DNA of 64,000 bases from an uncultured Desulfobulbaceae bacterium (GTDB lineage Bacteria; Desulfobacterota; Desulfobulbia; Desulfobulbales; Desulfobulbaceae), in contig CAZVDY010000067.1 of NCBI GenBank assembly GCA_964626235.1, positions 13,539 to 77,538 on the forward strand, given 5' to 3'. The position numbers and the translations under genes were made by a program. Under the pieces are notes generated by a model, which searched no databases, was not told the origin of the DNA, and saw nothing but the letters and a program-made list of their open reading frames with translations. Below are positions 43,521-52,580 of the stretch, one piece after another. How positions within the stretch are numbered: position 1 is the first letter of the stretch; each line of letters begins with the position of its first letter.

Positions 43521-43844
43521 CTAGTCCTGCGCCGAAAGCTGTTTCCTGGCACGGGCTGCCTCATGGGGACCGACGTGGCCGTCATGGTTCCGGTCGGCCC
43601 GCTGCTCCCAGGGACTGTCGACCACGGCCCGGTTTTTCATGTAGTCCTTTTTGGCCCGGTCGGCCTCGTGCCAGTCCACATAGCCGTCCCTGTTCCTGTC
43701 CGCCCTGTGCTCCCAGCGGGTGTCCACCACCCTGACATTCGGCCGGCCGATACGTTTCCCCGGTTTGGCCTGGGCAGTGGCCGCAGTGATCAGGACAGCA
43801 CAGACAACGGCTACACCAAACATCGTCAGGTGTTCTTTCATCAT
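43521..43844 (-). CDS. small secreted protein with two canonical EF-hand Ca-binding loops
   Basis: Signal peptide (FGVAVVCAVLITAATAQA). Loops DRNRDGYVDWHE and DRNHDGHVGPHE sit within a W-E-x-R-A-D-R-N-x-D-G-x-V duplication. Start chosen at MMKEHL because GGAGGAA lies just upstream; the track ORF opens at 43856. Confidence 0.6.
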   Translation of the reverse strand: MMKEHLTMFGVAVVCAVLITAATAQAKPGKRIGRPNVRVVDTRWEHRADRNRDGYVDWHEADRAKKDYMKNRAVVDSPWEQRADRNHDGHVGPHEAARARKQLSAQD

Positions 43845-43883
43845 CGTTTCCTCCATGGAAAAGGTTAAAAATGGAAAGCGTGC

Positions 43884-44423
43884 TCACCTCGATTCCGGCA
43901 CAGACGGCCTTCCCCGCTCTTTCCGGGGATGTCGGCCGTCGGCGCGGTTCTGCATGATCCGCCTGATCTCCCGGGCCATATCCTGGGAAAACAGCAGGAA
44001 ACGGGCCCGGTCACGGACAGAGAAGATCCCCTCGAGGCCGGCCAGCTCGCTGGCCGGGATGGCGGCCAGTTCCTCCATGACCTCCAGGTAGGTACTGATC
44101 AGTTCGGCAAGCCGATCCTCGTCAGGATCCAACCGGCTGCTCTCCTTTCGCAATCGCTGCAGGACCTGTCGTCGTTTCCTGATCAGTCTTGCCCGCCTGG
44201 CATCGATCTCGTCGAGGACGGCAAAGACCTCCTGCGCCTTTTCGCCTCGAAGATTGAACTCTTTCATGAGCTTCCAGTTGCGGATGGTGATGATCCGGTC
44301 CATCACTGCCGGGCTGTCCTGTTCCTCTGCCAGGGCCGGACCGGTGAGCCACCCTGCCAGAAACAATCCTGCCATGATCAGCAGGATGCACGATTTGCAT
44401 CTTCTGCCTGTTGTCCTTTTCAT
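43884..44423 (-). CDS. periplasmic helical protein (possibly Spy/CpxP-like)
   Basis: Signal peptide (ILLIMAGLFLAGWLTGPALA), then a charged helical sequence. Third gene after the ECF sigma and anti-sigma. The family call is weak. Confidence 0.5.
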   Translation of the reverse strand: MKRTTGRRCKSCILLIMAGLFLAGWLTGPALAEEQDSPAVMDRIITIRNWKLMKEFNLRGEKAQEVFAVLDEIDARRARLIRKRRQVLQRLRKESSRLDPDEDRLAELISTYLEVMEELAAIPASELAGLEGIFSVRDRARFLLFSQDMAREIRRIMQNRADGRHPRKERGRPSVPESR

Positions 44424-44442
44424 AGGTCGGGCTCCTTCGGTT

Positions 44443-44979
44443 TCACAATAGTGTACCATCCTCCAGGTCGACCAGAAGACCATCCCAGTCATCCATGAGA
44501 TGACCGTTGTCCGGCCAACCACTGTCGGCCTGTACCAGGGTCGTATCCCACTCCGCAGGGTCGAACAGGGCCGTGAGCTGCTCCATGCCCGTGAGCAGCG
44601 GGATCTCCTCCTCGGCCAGCACCAGGGGCGGAGGGGCTGGCTTCGGCAAGAGTATCGCCAGGAGCATGGCCGCCATGACCGGGGCTGCCCACCAGGATCG
44701 CCAGGAGTGGACGCTCCGGTTGAACAGCATGGCCAGGCGGCCGGGCCGGGAAACGGCAGCAACGACCCGGCTCCGCATGCCGTGCCAGAAATCGGCCGGT
44801 TCCTCTGCGCGGAGCTCCTCCCTGAGCCCGCGCAGCCCCAGCTGCAGGTGCTCCAGTTCTGCCCGACATCGCGGGCACTGCTCCAGGTGATGCTCCTGGG
44901 CGGCAGACAGGATGGAATGCAGGAGTGCATCCGGCCCCATTGCCTGCCAGAAGGCGTCACAGTCAGATTCTCTACTCAC
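44443..44979 (-). CDS. zf-HC2-type anti-sigma factor (single TM)
   Basis: HLEQCPRCRAELEHL (H-x3-C-x2-C), TM segment WWAAPVMAAMLLAILL, 8-nt overlap with the sigma gene. Confidence 0.7.
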   Translation of the reverse strand: MSRESDCDAFWQAMGPDALLHSILSAAQEHHLEQCPRCRAELEHLQLGLRGLREELRAEEPADFWHGMRSRVVAAVSRPGRLAMLFNRSVHSWRSWWAAPVMAAMLLAILLPKPAPPPLVLAEEEIPLLTGMEQLTALFDPAEWDTTLVQADSGWPDNGHLMDDWDGLLVDLEDGTLL

Positions 44980-45514
44980 TGCACTCTCTTCCTTTCAGTA
45001 AATCACGCAATGCCCGTATTCCGAAATGAAAGTTGGAACGGGCACTCCCTTCCCTGATCCCGAGCAGGTCGCCGATCTCGGCAAAAGTCAGGCCGGCGAA
45101 CAGGCGCATGGAGATCACCTCCTGCTGACGGGGAGGGAGAAGGCGGAGCATGCTCTTCATGTTGCGCATGCCGTCCCTTGCCATGGCGATCCGTTCCGGA
45201 TCCGCTGACCTGTCGGCCTGGTCCCAGTCTTCCAGGGCGACCTGCGACCTCCGCTGCCGGATGTGATCCCGCGCCAGGTTGACCCCGATGGAGAACAGCC
45301 AGGATCTGAACCGTTCCGGCTTCCGCAGCCGGTTGATACGGGTAAAGGCCCTGATGAATGCCTGCTGGGTGATGTCCTCTGCCTCTTCCCTGTTCATGAC
45401 CATCGACCTGACCAGGTAGTAGAGCGGTTTCTGGTACCGTACCATCAGGAGTTCGAACCCTTCCCGGTCCCCACGCTTCCACGCCTGGACCAGATCCCTG
45501 TCTTCCATGTTCAC
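44972..45514 (-). CDS. ECF (group 4) RNA polymerase sigma factor
   Basis: Region 2 (EAEDITQQAFIRAF) and region 4 (LPPRQQEVISMRLFAGLTFAEIGDLLGIREGSARSNF). Confidence 0.9.
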   Translation of the reverse strand: MNMEDRDLVQAWKRGDREGFELLMVRYQKPLYYLVRSMVMNREEAEDITQQAFIRAFTRINRLRKPERFRSWLFSIGVNLARDHIRQRRSQVALEDWDQADRSADPERIAMARDGMRNMKSMLRLLPPRQQEVISMRLFAGLTFAEIGDLLGIREGSARSNFHFGIRALRDLLKGRECSE

Positions 45515-45843
45515 CTGCGCGATCGGTTGTTTTCCTGTAAGACGTCCCTGGTTGGAGAACGTTTAAAAAAAATGGCTCGTGGCGAAAAAGCTCTTTCTGC
45601 CGGACCAGTTCCCTCTTTATAATACCCTCAAGGGACTACCCGGCTGGAGCACCTTGTGCCCTTCCACTGCCCATTTCCTCCAGGAAGGCCAGGGAAACGG
45701 CGCCATGTTTGTCTTGAAATAGAGACGGCTTCATTGTAAATTAGAATAATGTTCATCCTGTATGAAACAAAACGATGCACCGGCCGCCCGCTGGGCACCA
45801 GGGGCATCACCCTGGTTCCGACCTGGTGACTGAACGGCAATCC

Positions 45844-48800
45844 ATGAAACGTTCGCAATCTGTCCACCGGGTCGCCGTCGTCCTGCTCACCCTGGGCTGC
45901 CTATTGTTCTACGGCACCAGTGCGCAGTCGGGCCCCATCAGGTGGCTGCAGGATCAGTACAGGACCAACCGCACCTTTCCCCGGGTGCAGAAGGCCTACG
46001 CTCTGATCCGGGAAGGCAGGTATCAGGAGGCCCGTAGCCTGCTGGAAAAGGCCCTGACCATTGATCCGGAAAACACGGAGATCCGGCAGCAGCTCCTGGA
46101 GGTCTGCTTCCAGCTCAAGGACTACCACAGCGCGCTCCACCATGCCGAGGTCCTCCTGGAGATGGACCCGGATCAGACGGTCAACACCCTCTACCTGGCC
46201 CAGGCGGCCATGCAGCTCGACCAGCCCGAACGGGTGATCGGGCTGCTTTCCGAAGACAGGATCCTCCAGGACTTTGACGAGCAGTACCGGGACCAGGCCT
46301 TCAGGCTGCTTTCCGCGGCCTATATGAAACAGGAACAGTATTCCCGGGCCCTGGCGGTCCTCAAGCATATCCGGAAACCCAACTACTTCGATCTCTACAA
46401 CCTGGGGGCCAGCCAGCAGCGTCTCCAGGATAGCGATCAGGCCGTCGCGGCGCTGGAAAAGGCCTACCAGGCCGCGGACGGTTACGAGGCCAAGCACCTG
46501 GTCACCCTCCACCTGGCCATGCTCCACCTGGAGGAGGACCGGCCGCAGGAGGCGGCCAGGGTCCTGGAACGGTTACGGAACGAATATCCGGCCTACCGGC
46601 AGGAACGGGATGTCATGGAGATGCTGATCCTGGTGGTCATGAAGCTGGACGATCGGGCAAAAACCGATGACCTGCTCCGGGAGTACAGGCAATACTACGA
46701 TCCCGCCCCTGAAGTGGTGGAGACCTGGATCAACCTGCTGGCGGCCAATGAACGCTACGACCAGGCCCTGGCCCTGATCCGGGAGGAGGTGCAGGTCTGT
46801 CAGCACGGAGCCCAGGAATCCATTCTGCTGGAAAAGGCGGGCCGCTACGAGGAAGCTGCCGAAAAGCTGAAGCAGTGCGCCGTGGAGGAGAAAAGGGATG
46901 TTCCCTGGCTGCGCATCGCCGCCCTGTACAACAAGGCCGGCAGGAGTGACCGGGAACTGGCCGCCCTCCAGGAGGGAGTGCGGCGGTCCAACGATCCGGC
47001 TCTCTACCAGAGTCTCCTGGACCGGTATATCGGCCTCGAGCGCTACGATGACGCCATCAGCCTCCTGGCCAGGATGCAGCAGAAAGACATCGGCGACCAG
47101 GAAGAACTCTTCCGCAGACAACTGAGCCTGTACGAGGCCGGCCACCGGTACGAGCAGGGGGTGATCCTGCTGCAGAACAGACTGTACCGGAAAAAGGTGA
47201 TCCGCAAGAGTGATCCGGATTTCCAAAAGCTGATCCTCTTTGCCGACCACCTGCCGACTGCCAAGCGGATCGAACTGTACGAGTGGCTCCTGGCCCGCCT
47301 GGACACGATCTCTCACTTCCTGCTGAGCAACGAGATCCACCTGCTGGCCAAGACCAACCAGAACAAAAAGATCCTCGCCCTGCTGGAACGGTACTATCCC
47401 TTCAAGGGCCTCTCCGGCACGCAGCAGCAGGAACTGATGCTGCAAACCGCCTCCATCAACCTGAAGCTGGGCAAGAAGAAGCGGGCCATGGAGATCCTTG
47501 CCCTGCTGAAGCAGCAGAACATCGCGGACCGGGAGCTGGCCATGCGGCTCTCCAATCTCTATGCCGGAGAAAAGGACTGCCGGAACGCCCTGGAAGTTGC
47601 CAAGAAATATCTGCGGCTGCACCCCCTGTCCGTCCAGTTCAGGATGTCAGCGGCCTTCTGTTATCTGAAGAGCGGCATGCCGGGTCTTACGGTCCATTCC
47701 CTGAAAATGGTGGAAAAGCTGGACCAGGAACTCACCCCCCGCGACCAGCGCCGTGTCCTCCTCAACATGGCCTATGCCTATGCCGGGATGGAAGAGCCGG
47801 ACAAGGCCCTGGCCTACTTTGACAGGCATTTCAGGCTGAGCAAGGATCCCGTGTCGGCCCTCAAGGCCGCCTCCATGGCCATGCGGTTGCAGGATATCGA
47901 AAAGGCGAAAGAATTTCTCGACTTCATCCAGCAGGACGCACTGCCTGCCGAAAACGTGGCCGAGTACTACATCCTTCGCGGCGACATTCTGGCAGCCGAA
48001 CAGGATGTTCAGGAAGCCAACAGGTATTACACCAAGGCCCTGGAGCAGGAAAAAACCGCCCAGCACTGGTACAAGTGGGCAAACAACCGCAGGCAGCTGG
48101 GCGATATCCATGGAGCCATCGACGGTCTGCAGAAGGCCCTGGAAATGGAACCAGAGAACGGGGTCTGGTTGTCCGAGCTGGCCTACCTGCACCTGGCGGC
48201 CCGCGACGACGGTGCTGCCGCGGACGAGTTCGCCAGGGCCCTGAAGGCAGAGCCGGACCAGCTCAAGCTCTATGAGGATTTCGCCTATACCCGCAAGCGG
48301 CTGCTGCAGAATGACCAGGCTGTCCAGCTCTTCAAACAGGTTGTGGACAACGCGCCCTATGCCCTTGTCGAGACAGAGGAGGACAAGGCGGCCCAGAGCG
48401 AAAAACTCTTCAAAATCAGGCGGGAGATTGCCGAGATCGACAGAAGGTTCTTCATGCAGTTCGGCACCTCGGTCAACCTCCAGTCCACGGACACAGAGGT
48501 GTCCTCCCCGGCCTCACCCATCGAGTCGCCACTGAACACCGGCTACGGCGAACTGCTGGCCGGCTGGCAGCCCCCGGTCTACGGCTACCGGAACGGCAGG
48601 ATCCTCCAGTTGTTCTCTCGGCTCCTCTGGGGCATGGAAAGCCAGGATGTCTGGCCCGACTCGGACTCCATGCAGCTGGCGGCCGGGGCGCGTTACAAGC
48701 CGTTTGGCGACTACAACCTGGTCTTTTCCGCGGAACGGTTCATCAAAATGGGATCCCGGTCCCGCAATGACTGGTTCCTGCGTGCGGCCGGTTCCCTGGA

Positions 48801-49191
48801 CAGGGGGCTCGACTGGGAACCTGTGAGGGCCGAATGGCCGGTCTACTCCATCTATGTCGATGGCGGCTACTTCCTGGACCAGGGCACCACCCTCTTTTCC
48901 GGTGAATTCAGGGCCGGCTGGTCCATGAAGATCGACCAGTTGCTCAACCGGCCGGCCACCTTTGTCCCCTACGGCCTGGGCGGGTTTTCCTGGAGCAACG
49001 ACAATGCAGGCCAGGAGGAACAGTACCGGCTGGACCTGGGGGCCGGCGTAGCCCTCTGGCACTGGTGCAACGAGAGCCGATACAAGGCCTACCAGACCAA
49101 GACCACCCTGGGGCTGGAGCTGCGTGTTCCCCTGGACAGCAGTGATGACGCAGACACCACCCTGTTGCTCAAACTGACCACCGGCATATGA
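45844..49191 (+). CDS. giant TPR-repeat protein with beta-rich C-terminal domain (NfrA/PgaA/BcsC-like outer-membrane exporter candidate)
   Basis: Signal peptide (VAVVLLTLGCLLFYGTSAQS) and about 800 aa of TPR-like repeats. The C-terminal roughly 300 aa have beta-barrel-like patterns (YGLGGFSWSND, LDLGAGVALWHW, TTLGLELRVPL). Confidence 0.7.
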   Translation: MKRSQSVHRVAVVLLTLGCLLFYGTSAQSGPIRWLQDQYRTNRTFPRVQKAYALIREGRYQEARSLLEKALTIDPENTEIRQQLLEVCFQLKDYHSALHHAEVLLEMDPDQTVNTLYLAQAAMQLDQPERVIGLLSEDRILQDFDEQYRDQAFRLLSAAYMKQEQYSRALAVLKHIRKPNYFDLYNLGASQQRLQDSDQAVAALEKAYQAADGYEAKHLVTLHLAMLHLEEDRPQEAARVLERLRNEYPAYRQERDVMEMLILVVMKLDDRAKTDDLLREYRQYYDPAPEVVETWINLLAANERYDQALALIREEVQVCQHGAQESILLEKAGRYEEAAEKLKQCAVEEKRDVPWLRIAALYNKAGRSDRELAALQEGVRRSNDPALYQSLLDRYIGLERYDDAISLLARMQQKDIGDQEELFRRQLSLYEAGHRYEQGVILLQNRLYRKKVIRKSDPDFQKLILFADHLPTAKRIELYEWLLARLDTISHFLLSNEIHLLAKTNQNKKILALLERYYPFKGLSGTQQQELMLQTASINLKLGKKKRAMEILALLKQQNIADRELAMRLSNLYAGEKDCRNALEVAKKYLRLHPLSVQFRMSAAFCYLKSGMPGLTVHSLKMVEKLDQELTPRDQRRVLLNMAYAYAGMEEPDKALAYFDRHFRLSKDPVSALKAASMAMRLQDIEKAKEFLDFIQQDALPAENVAEYYILRGDILAAEQDVQEANRYYTKALEQEKTAQHWYKWANNRRQLGDIHGAIDGLQKALEMEPENGVWLSELAYLHLAARDDGAAADEFARALKAEPDQLKLYEDFAYTRKRLLQNDQAVQLFKQVVDNAPYALVETEEDKAAQSEKLFKIRREIAEIDRRFFMQFGTSVNLQSTDTEVSSPASPIESPLNTGYGELLAGWQPPVYGYRNGRILQLFSRLLWGMESQDVWPDSDSMQLAAGARYKPFGDYNLVFSAERFIKMGSRSRNDWFLRAAGSLDRGLDWEPVRAEWPVYSIYVDGGYFLDQGTTLFSGEFRAGWSMKIDQLLNRPATFVPYGLGGFSWSNDNAGQEEQYRLDLGAGVALWHWCNESRYKAYQTKTTLGLELRVPLDSSDDADTTLLLKLTTGI

Positions 49192-50168
49192 AACGACCAG
49201 GTTTTCCGTCCATCCTCCTGTCGCTCCTCCTGCTCGCCGTACTGCTGCTGAACGGTGGAGAGGCTCGGGCCCGGCTGCGCCTTCCGGCCCCTCTCCACGC
49301 TGTGATGTACCAGCCCCACGTGACAGACCTGGAAAACGATCCGGCATGGTGGCAGCAGACCCTGGAGCGGCTGCAGAGACTGAAGGTGCAGGAACTGTAC
49401 ATTCAGTGGAGCAGGCACGGAGACGTGGACTTCACCCGGCAGATAGATCCCCTTCCCGAACCCCTTGTCCAGCTTCTCCTGCGCCAGGCCGAGGCCCTTG
49501 GCCTGAAGCTGCACATCGGTCTCTATGCCGATCCAGACTTCTTCTCCCGGTCCAAGCAGAGCCTGCCCGCCCTGGCCGTCTACCTGAACCGGCTCCGCAT
49601 CCTGTCCCTGGAACAGGCCGAAAAGATCGCAGTCCTGGCAAAGGGAAGCCCTGCTCTGGCCGGGTTCTACCTGTACGAGGAGATCGATGATGTCAACTGG
49701 CGGGCCAGGGAGAAACAGGACCTCCTGGCACAACACCTCCAGAAGAGTTACGATGAACTGCACAGCCGGTTTCCGGAACTCCAGATCGCGGTCTCCTCCT
49801 TTTTCACGGCCAGGATGACCCCGGAGGGGTATGCGAAGATGTGGCAGCGGCTGACCCGGGAAAACTCCCTGGTCGTCTTTGTCCAGGACGGCGCCGGAAC
49901 GGGCCTGCTGGACAGCGACGAGCGAATGCTCTATTTCCGGGCCCTGGACAGGAACCTGGTGGCCAACCAGTGGAGCATCATCGTGGAACTCTTCCGCCAG
50001 GACCGCAGCAGCAAGGGATTTTCTGCCTCCAGGGGCGGCACGGCCGACCTGAACAGGCGGATGAACCAGATAAAAAAGCTGCACATCCGGCCACCAGTGG
50101 CATTCTCCCTCCGCTATCTGATCTCCTTTCCTCCTCCCGACAGGGGTGAAGGAAAGGAGAATCCCTGA
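49188..50168 (+). CDS. secreted TIM-barrel glycoside-hydrolase-like protein (DUF4434-like)
   Basis: Signal peptide. Blocks LYIQWS, LKLHIGLY, GFYLYEEIDD and VFVQDGAG suggest a (beta/alpha)8 fold. ATGA overlap with the upstream TPR gene. The family call is tentative. Confidence 0.45.
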   Translation: MKRPGFPSILLSLLLLAVLLLNGGEARARLRLPAPLHAVMYQPHVTDLENDPAWWQQTLERLQRLKVQELYIQWSRHGDVDFTRQIDPLPEPLVQLLLRQAEALGLKLHIGLYADPDFFSRSKQSLPALAVYLNRLRILSLEQAEKIAVLAKGSPALAGFYLYEEIDDVNWRAREKQDLLAQHLQKSYDELHSRFPELQIAVSSFFTARMTPEGYAKMWQRLTRENSLVVFVQDGAGTGLLDSDERMLYFRALDRNLVANQWSIIVELFRQDRSSKGFSASRGGTADLNRRMNQIKKLHIRPPVAFSLRYLISFPPPDRGEGKENP

Positions 50169-50182
50169 TCCTCGTCCAGGGC

Positions 50183-50208
50183 GGCAGCCCGTGAGGGCAC
50201 GGTCTGCC
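50183..50208. terminator. GC-rich hairpin between convergent genes
   Basis: GGCAGCCCGTG-AGGG-CACGGTCTGCC (one mismatch). No U-tract. Confidence 0.3.
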
Positions 50209-50232
50209 GGGCCGGAAAGACACCGGGAAGAG

Positions 50233-51123
50233 TCAGTCGCCGAGCAGCCGGTTCATGGCTTCCTCATACCGGGCCCTGGTCTTGTCCAGGATCTCGGCCG
50301 GCAGCGGGGGCGGGGGCGGCTGTTTGTTCCAGTCCAGGGAAGAGAGATAATCGCGCAAAAACTGCTTGTCAAAGCTGGGTTGGCCCCTGCCCGGCTCATA
50401 GGCGTCCAGGGGCCAGAACCTGGAGGAATCCGGGGTAAGCACCTCGTCGATCAGGATCAGCTCGTCCCCGGCCATGCCCAGTTCGAACTTGGTGTCGGCT
50501 ATGATGATACCCCTGCCCCGGGCATACTCGGCCGCCTTCCTGTACAGGGCCACAGAGATTTCCGCCATCCTGTCGGCCAGCTCAGGCCCCACGATTTCCC
50601 GCATCCGGGCGAGAGAGATGTTCTCGTCGTGCAGGCCCTGCTCCGCCTTTGTGGACGGGGTGAACAGCGGCTCGGGAAAGGGATCGGATTCCCGCATTCC
50701 CTCGGGAAGGGCAAATCCGCAGACCGTGGTGTCCTGCTGGTAGGCCTTCCAGAAGGAACCGGACAGGTAGCCGCGAACGATACACTCGATGGGCAGGACC
50801 CTGGTCTTTCTGACCAGCATGGAACGCCCTTCCAACTGTTCCCTGTACTGGTGACATACCGGCGGATAGGCCTCCACGTCAGCCGTGATCAGGTGGTTGT
50901 CCACGATGTCGGCCAGCAGGTCGAACCAGAACAGGGAGATCCTGGTGAGCACCTTTCCCTTGCCGGGGATGGGATCGGCCATGACCACATCATAGGCGGA
51001 TATCCGGTCCGTGGCCACCATGAGGAGCTTGTCCTCCTCACCGGGAATTTCGTACATGTCACGGACCTTCCCCCGGTGGAGCAGGGTCAGTTCCGGGCAG
51101 TCGGTCTGTATTATCGCATCCAT
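50233..51123 (-). CDS. purC: SAICAR synthetase
   Basis: LLHRGKVRDMY, MVATDRISAYD, ADTKFE blocks. Confidence 0.9.
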   Translation of the reverse strand: MDAIIQTDCPELTLLHRGKVRDMYEIPGEEDKLLMVATDRISAYDVVMADPIPGKGKVLTRISLFWFDLLADIVDNHLITADVEAYPPVCHQYREQLEGRSMLVRKTRVLPIECIVRGYLSGSFWKAYQQDTTVCGFALPEGMRESDPFPEPLFTPSTKAEQGLHDENISLARMREIVGPELADRMAEISVALYRKAAEYARGRGIIIADTKFELGMAGDELILIDEVLTPDSSRFWPLDAYEPGRGQPSFDKQFLRDYLSSLDWNKQPPPPPLPAEILDKTRARYEEAMNRLLGD

Positions 51124-51125
51124 GG

Positions 51126-51773
51126 TCAGATGTGCAGTTCCTTCTTGATCGCCTCGATCACCGCGTCACTGGTGACCGCCTCCACGTTGAGCAGCAGGCC
51201 CTCCTTCTCGTAGAAACCGATCAGCGGCGCTGTCTTCTCGTTGTAGGTGGCCAGCCGGTGGCTGATGGCCTCTTCGGTCTCGTCTTCCCGCTGGATGACC
51301 CTTGACCCGCACTTGTCGCAGATCCCCTCCTTTTTCGGCGGGTTGGACTTGACGTTGTAAATGGCCTGACAGTCAGGATTCTCGCAGGTGCGCCTGGTGC
51401 AGAGCCGGTCCAGGATGACCTCGCGGGGCACATCGATGTTCACGGCCTTGTCCAGGGTGATGTTCAGCCTGGCGAGCAGCTCCTTCAGGGCCTCGGCCTG
51501 GGGAATGGTCCGGGGAAACCCGTCCAGGAGAAAGCCCTTTGCGCAGTCGGGCTCCTGGAGCCGCTTCTCCATGATCCCCATGATCAGTTCGTCGGGCACC
51601 AGGTCGCCGCGTTTCATGTATCCCTCGGCCTCTTTGCCGAGCGCTGTTCCGGCCTGAACAGCGCCCCGGAGGATGTCTCCGGTGGAGATCTGCACGGAAC
51701 CGTCGATGGCGGTGAGCAGTTTGGCCACAGTACCCTTGCCGGCGCCGGGAGCGCCCAGTAGTATCAGCTTCAT
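51126..51773 (-). CDS. adk: adenylate kinase (Zn-lid type)
   Basis: MKLILLGAPGAGKGT P-loop. Lid with CxxC...CxxC (CENPDC...CDKCG). Confidence 0.95.
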   Translation of the reverse strand: MKLILLGAPGAGKGTVAKLLTAIDGSVQISTGDILRGAVQAGTALGKEAEGYMKRGDLVPDELIMGIMEKRLQEPDCAKGFLLDGFPRTIPQAEALKELLARLNITLDKAVNIDVPREVILDRLCTRRTCENPDCQAIYNVKSNPPKKEGICDKCGSRVIQREDETEEAISHRLATYNEKTAPLIGFYEKEGLLLNVEAVTSDAVIEAIKKELHI

Positions 51774-51939
51774 CGTATCTCCTTCAACATGTGGATTTTC
51801 TGGTGAATAGCCCTAAAATGCCGGCACTATACCCGATTCGCCTGTTGGAGGGTAGAAAAAAACGTCCCTGGCTGTTGTTCCCGGCCCGTCCCCTGCCATG
51901 CGGCAGAAAGAGCCCCTGGTCTCTTTTGATTCCGTCCCC

Positions 51940-51967
51940 TTGACACCGGGCCGGAACATCTTATTTT
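51940..51967 (+). promoter_or_regulatory. candidate promoter upstream of the hsp20 pair
   Basis: CCCTTGACA (also sigma32-like at -35), 16-nt spacer, TATTTT. It would give a 5' UTR of about 140 nt. Confidence 0.35.
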
Positions 51968-52111
51968 TTCAACCAGCGAAATGATGCAAACAGACAGCAT
52001 AACCCGCTGGGTCAAATCAACAAACAGGGGGACAGCGAGACGGTTGACAGGCACCGGGGAAGACCGGGCCTGTCCCCCTCCTTCCCCACCGTCTGAAGAG
52101 GAGGAAAGGTC

Positions 52112-52567
52112 ATGGCACTCATACGTTTTGCACCGCAGACCGGTTTCAGAAACCCCTGGGCGGAATTCGAGCGTATCCGCCAGGAACTCGACGCCTTTTC
52201 CAGGACGCTGGCCGGAGAGACGGCACGTCCCAGGGCAACGGTCTATCCGCCGCTCAACATCGCCGAGGATGCCGACAACCTGGTCATCAAGGCCGAGCTG
52301 CCCGGCGTCAGGGCGGAAGACCTGGATATCTCCATCGAGGGCGAAACCCTGACCCTCCAGGGAAAACGGGCGCCCAGGCACGACGAGGAAAATGTCTCCT
52401 ACCATCGCCGGGAGATCGAGACCGGCAGTTTCAGCCGGGCCATCACCCTGCCCACCCGGGTGGACGTGGACAAAATCAATGCCCGGCTGGTCAACGGCAT
52501 CCTGACCATCACCCTGCAGAAAGCGGCAGAGGTGAAACCGAGGCAAATCAGTGTGACCACTGACTGA
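52112..52567 (+). CDS. Hsp20/alpha-crystallin small heat-shock protein
   Basis: Alpha-crystallin domain: PPLNIAEDADNLVIKAELPGVRAEDLDISIEGETLTLQG...GSFSRAITLP...NGILTITL. Confidence 0.9.
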   Translation: MALIRFAPQTGFRNPWAEFERIRQELDAFSRTLAGETARPRATVYPPLNIAEDADNLVIKAELPGVRAEDLDISIEGETLTLQGKRAPRHDEENVSYHRREIETGSFSRAITLPTRVDVDKINARLVNGILTITLQKAAEVKPRQISVTTD

Positions 52568-52580
52568 GAGGAGGTGCACC

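Noticed and set aside
45515-45843. Possible ECF-type promoters (GGAAC-like -35 boxes) in the divergent region between the ECF sigma gene and the TPR gene.
   Set aside because: I could not find a GGAAC-N16/17-CGT arrangement with correct spacing on either strand, so no call is made.
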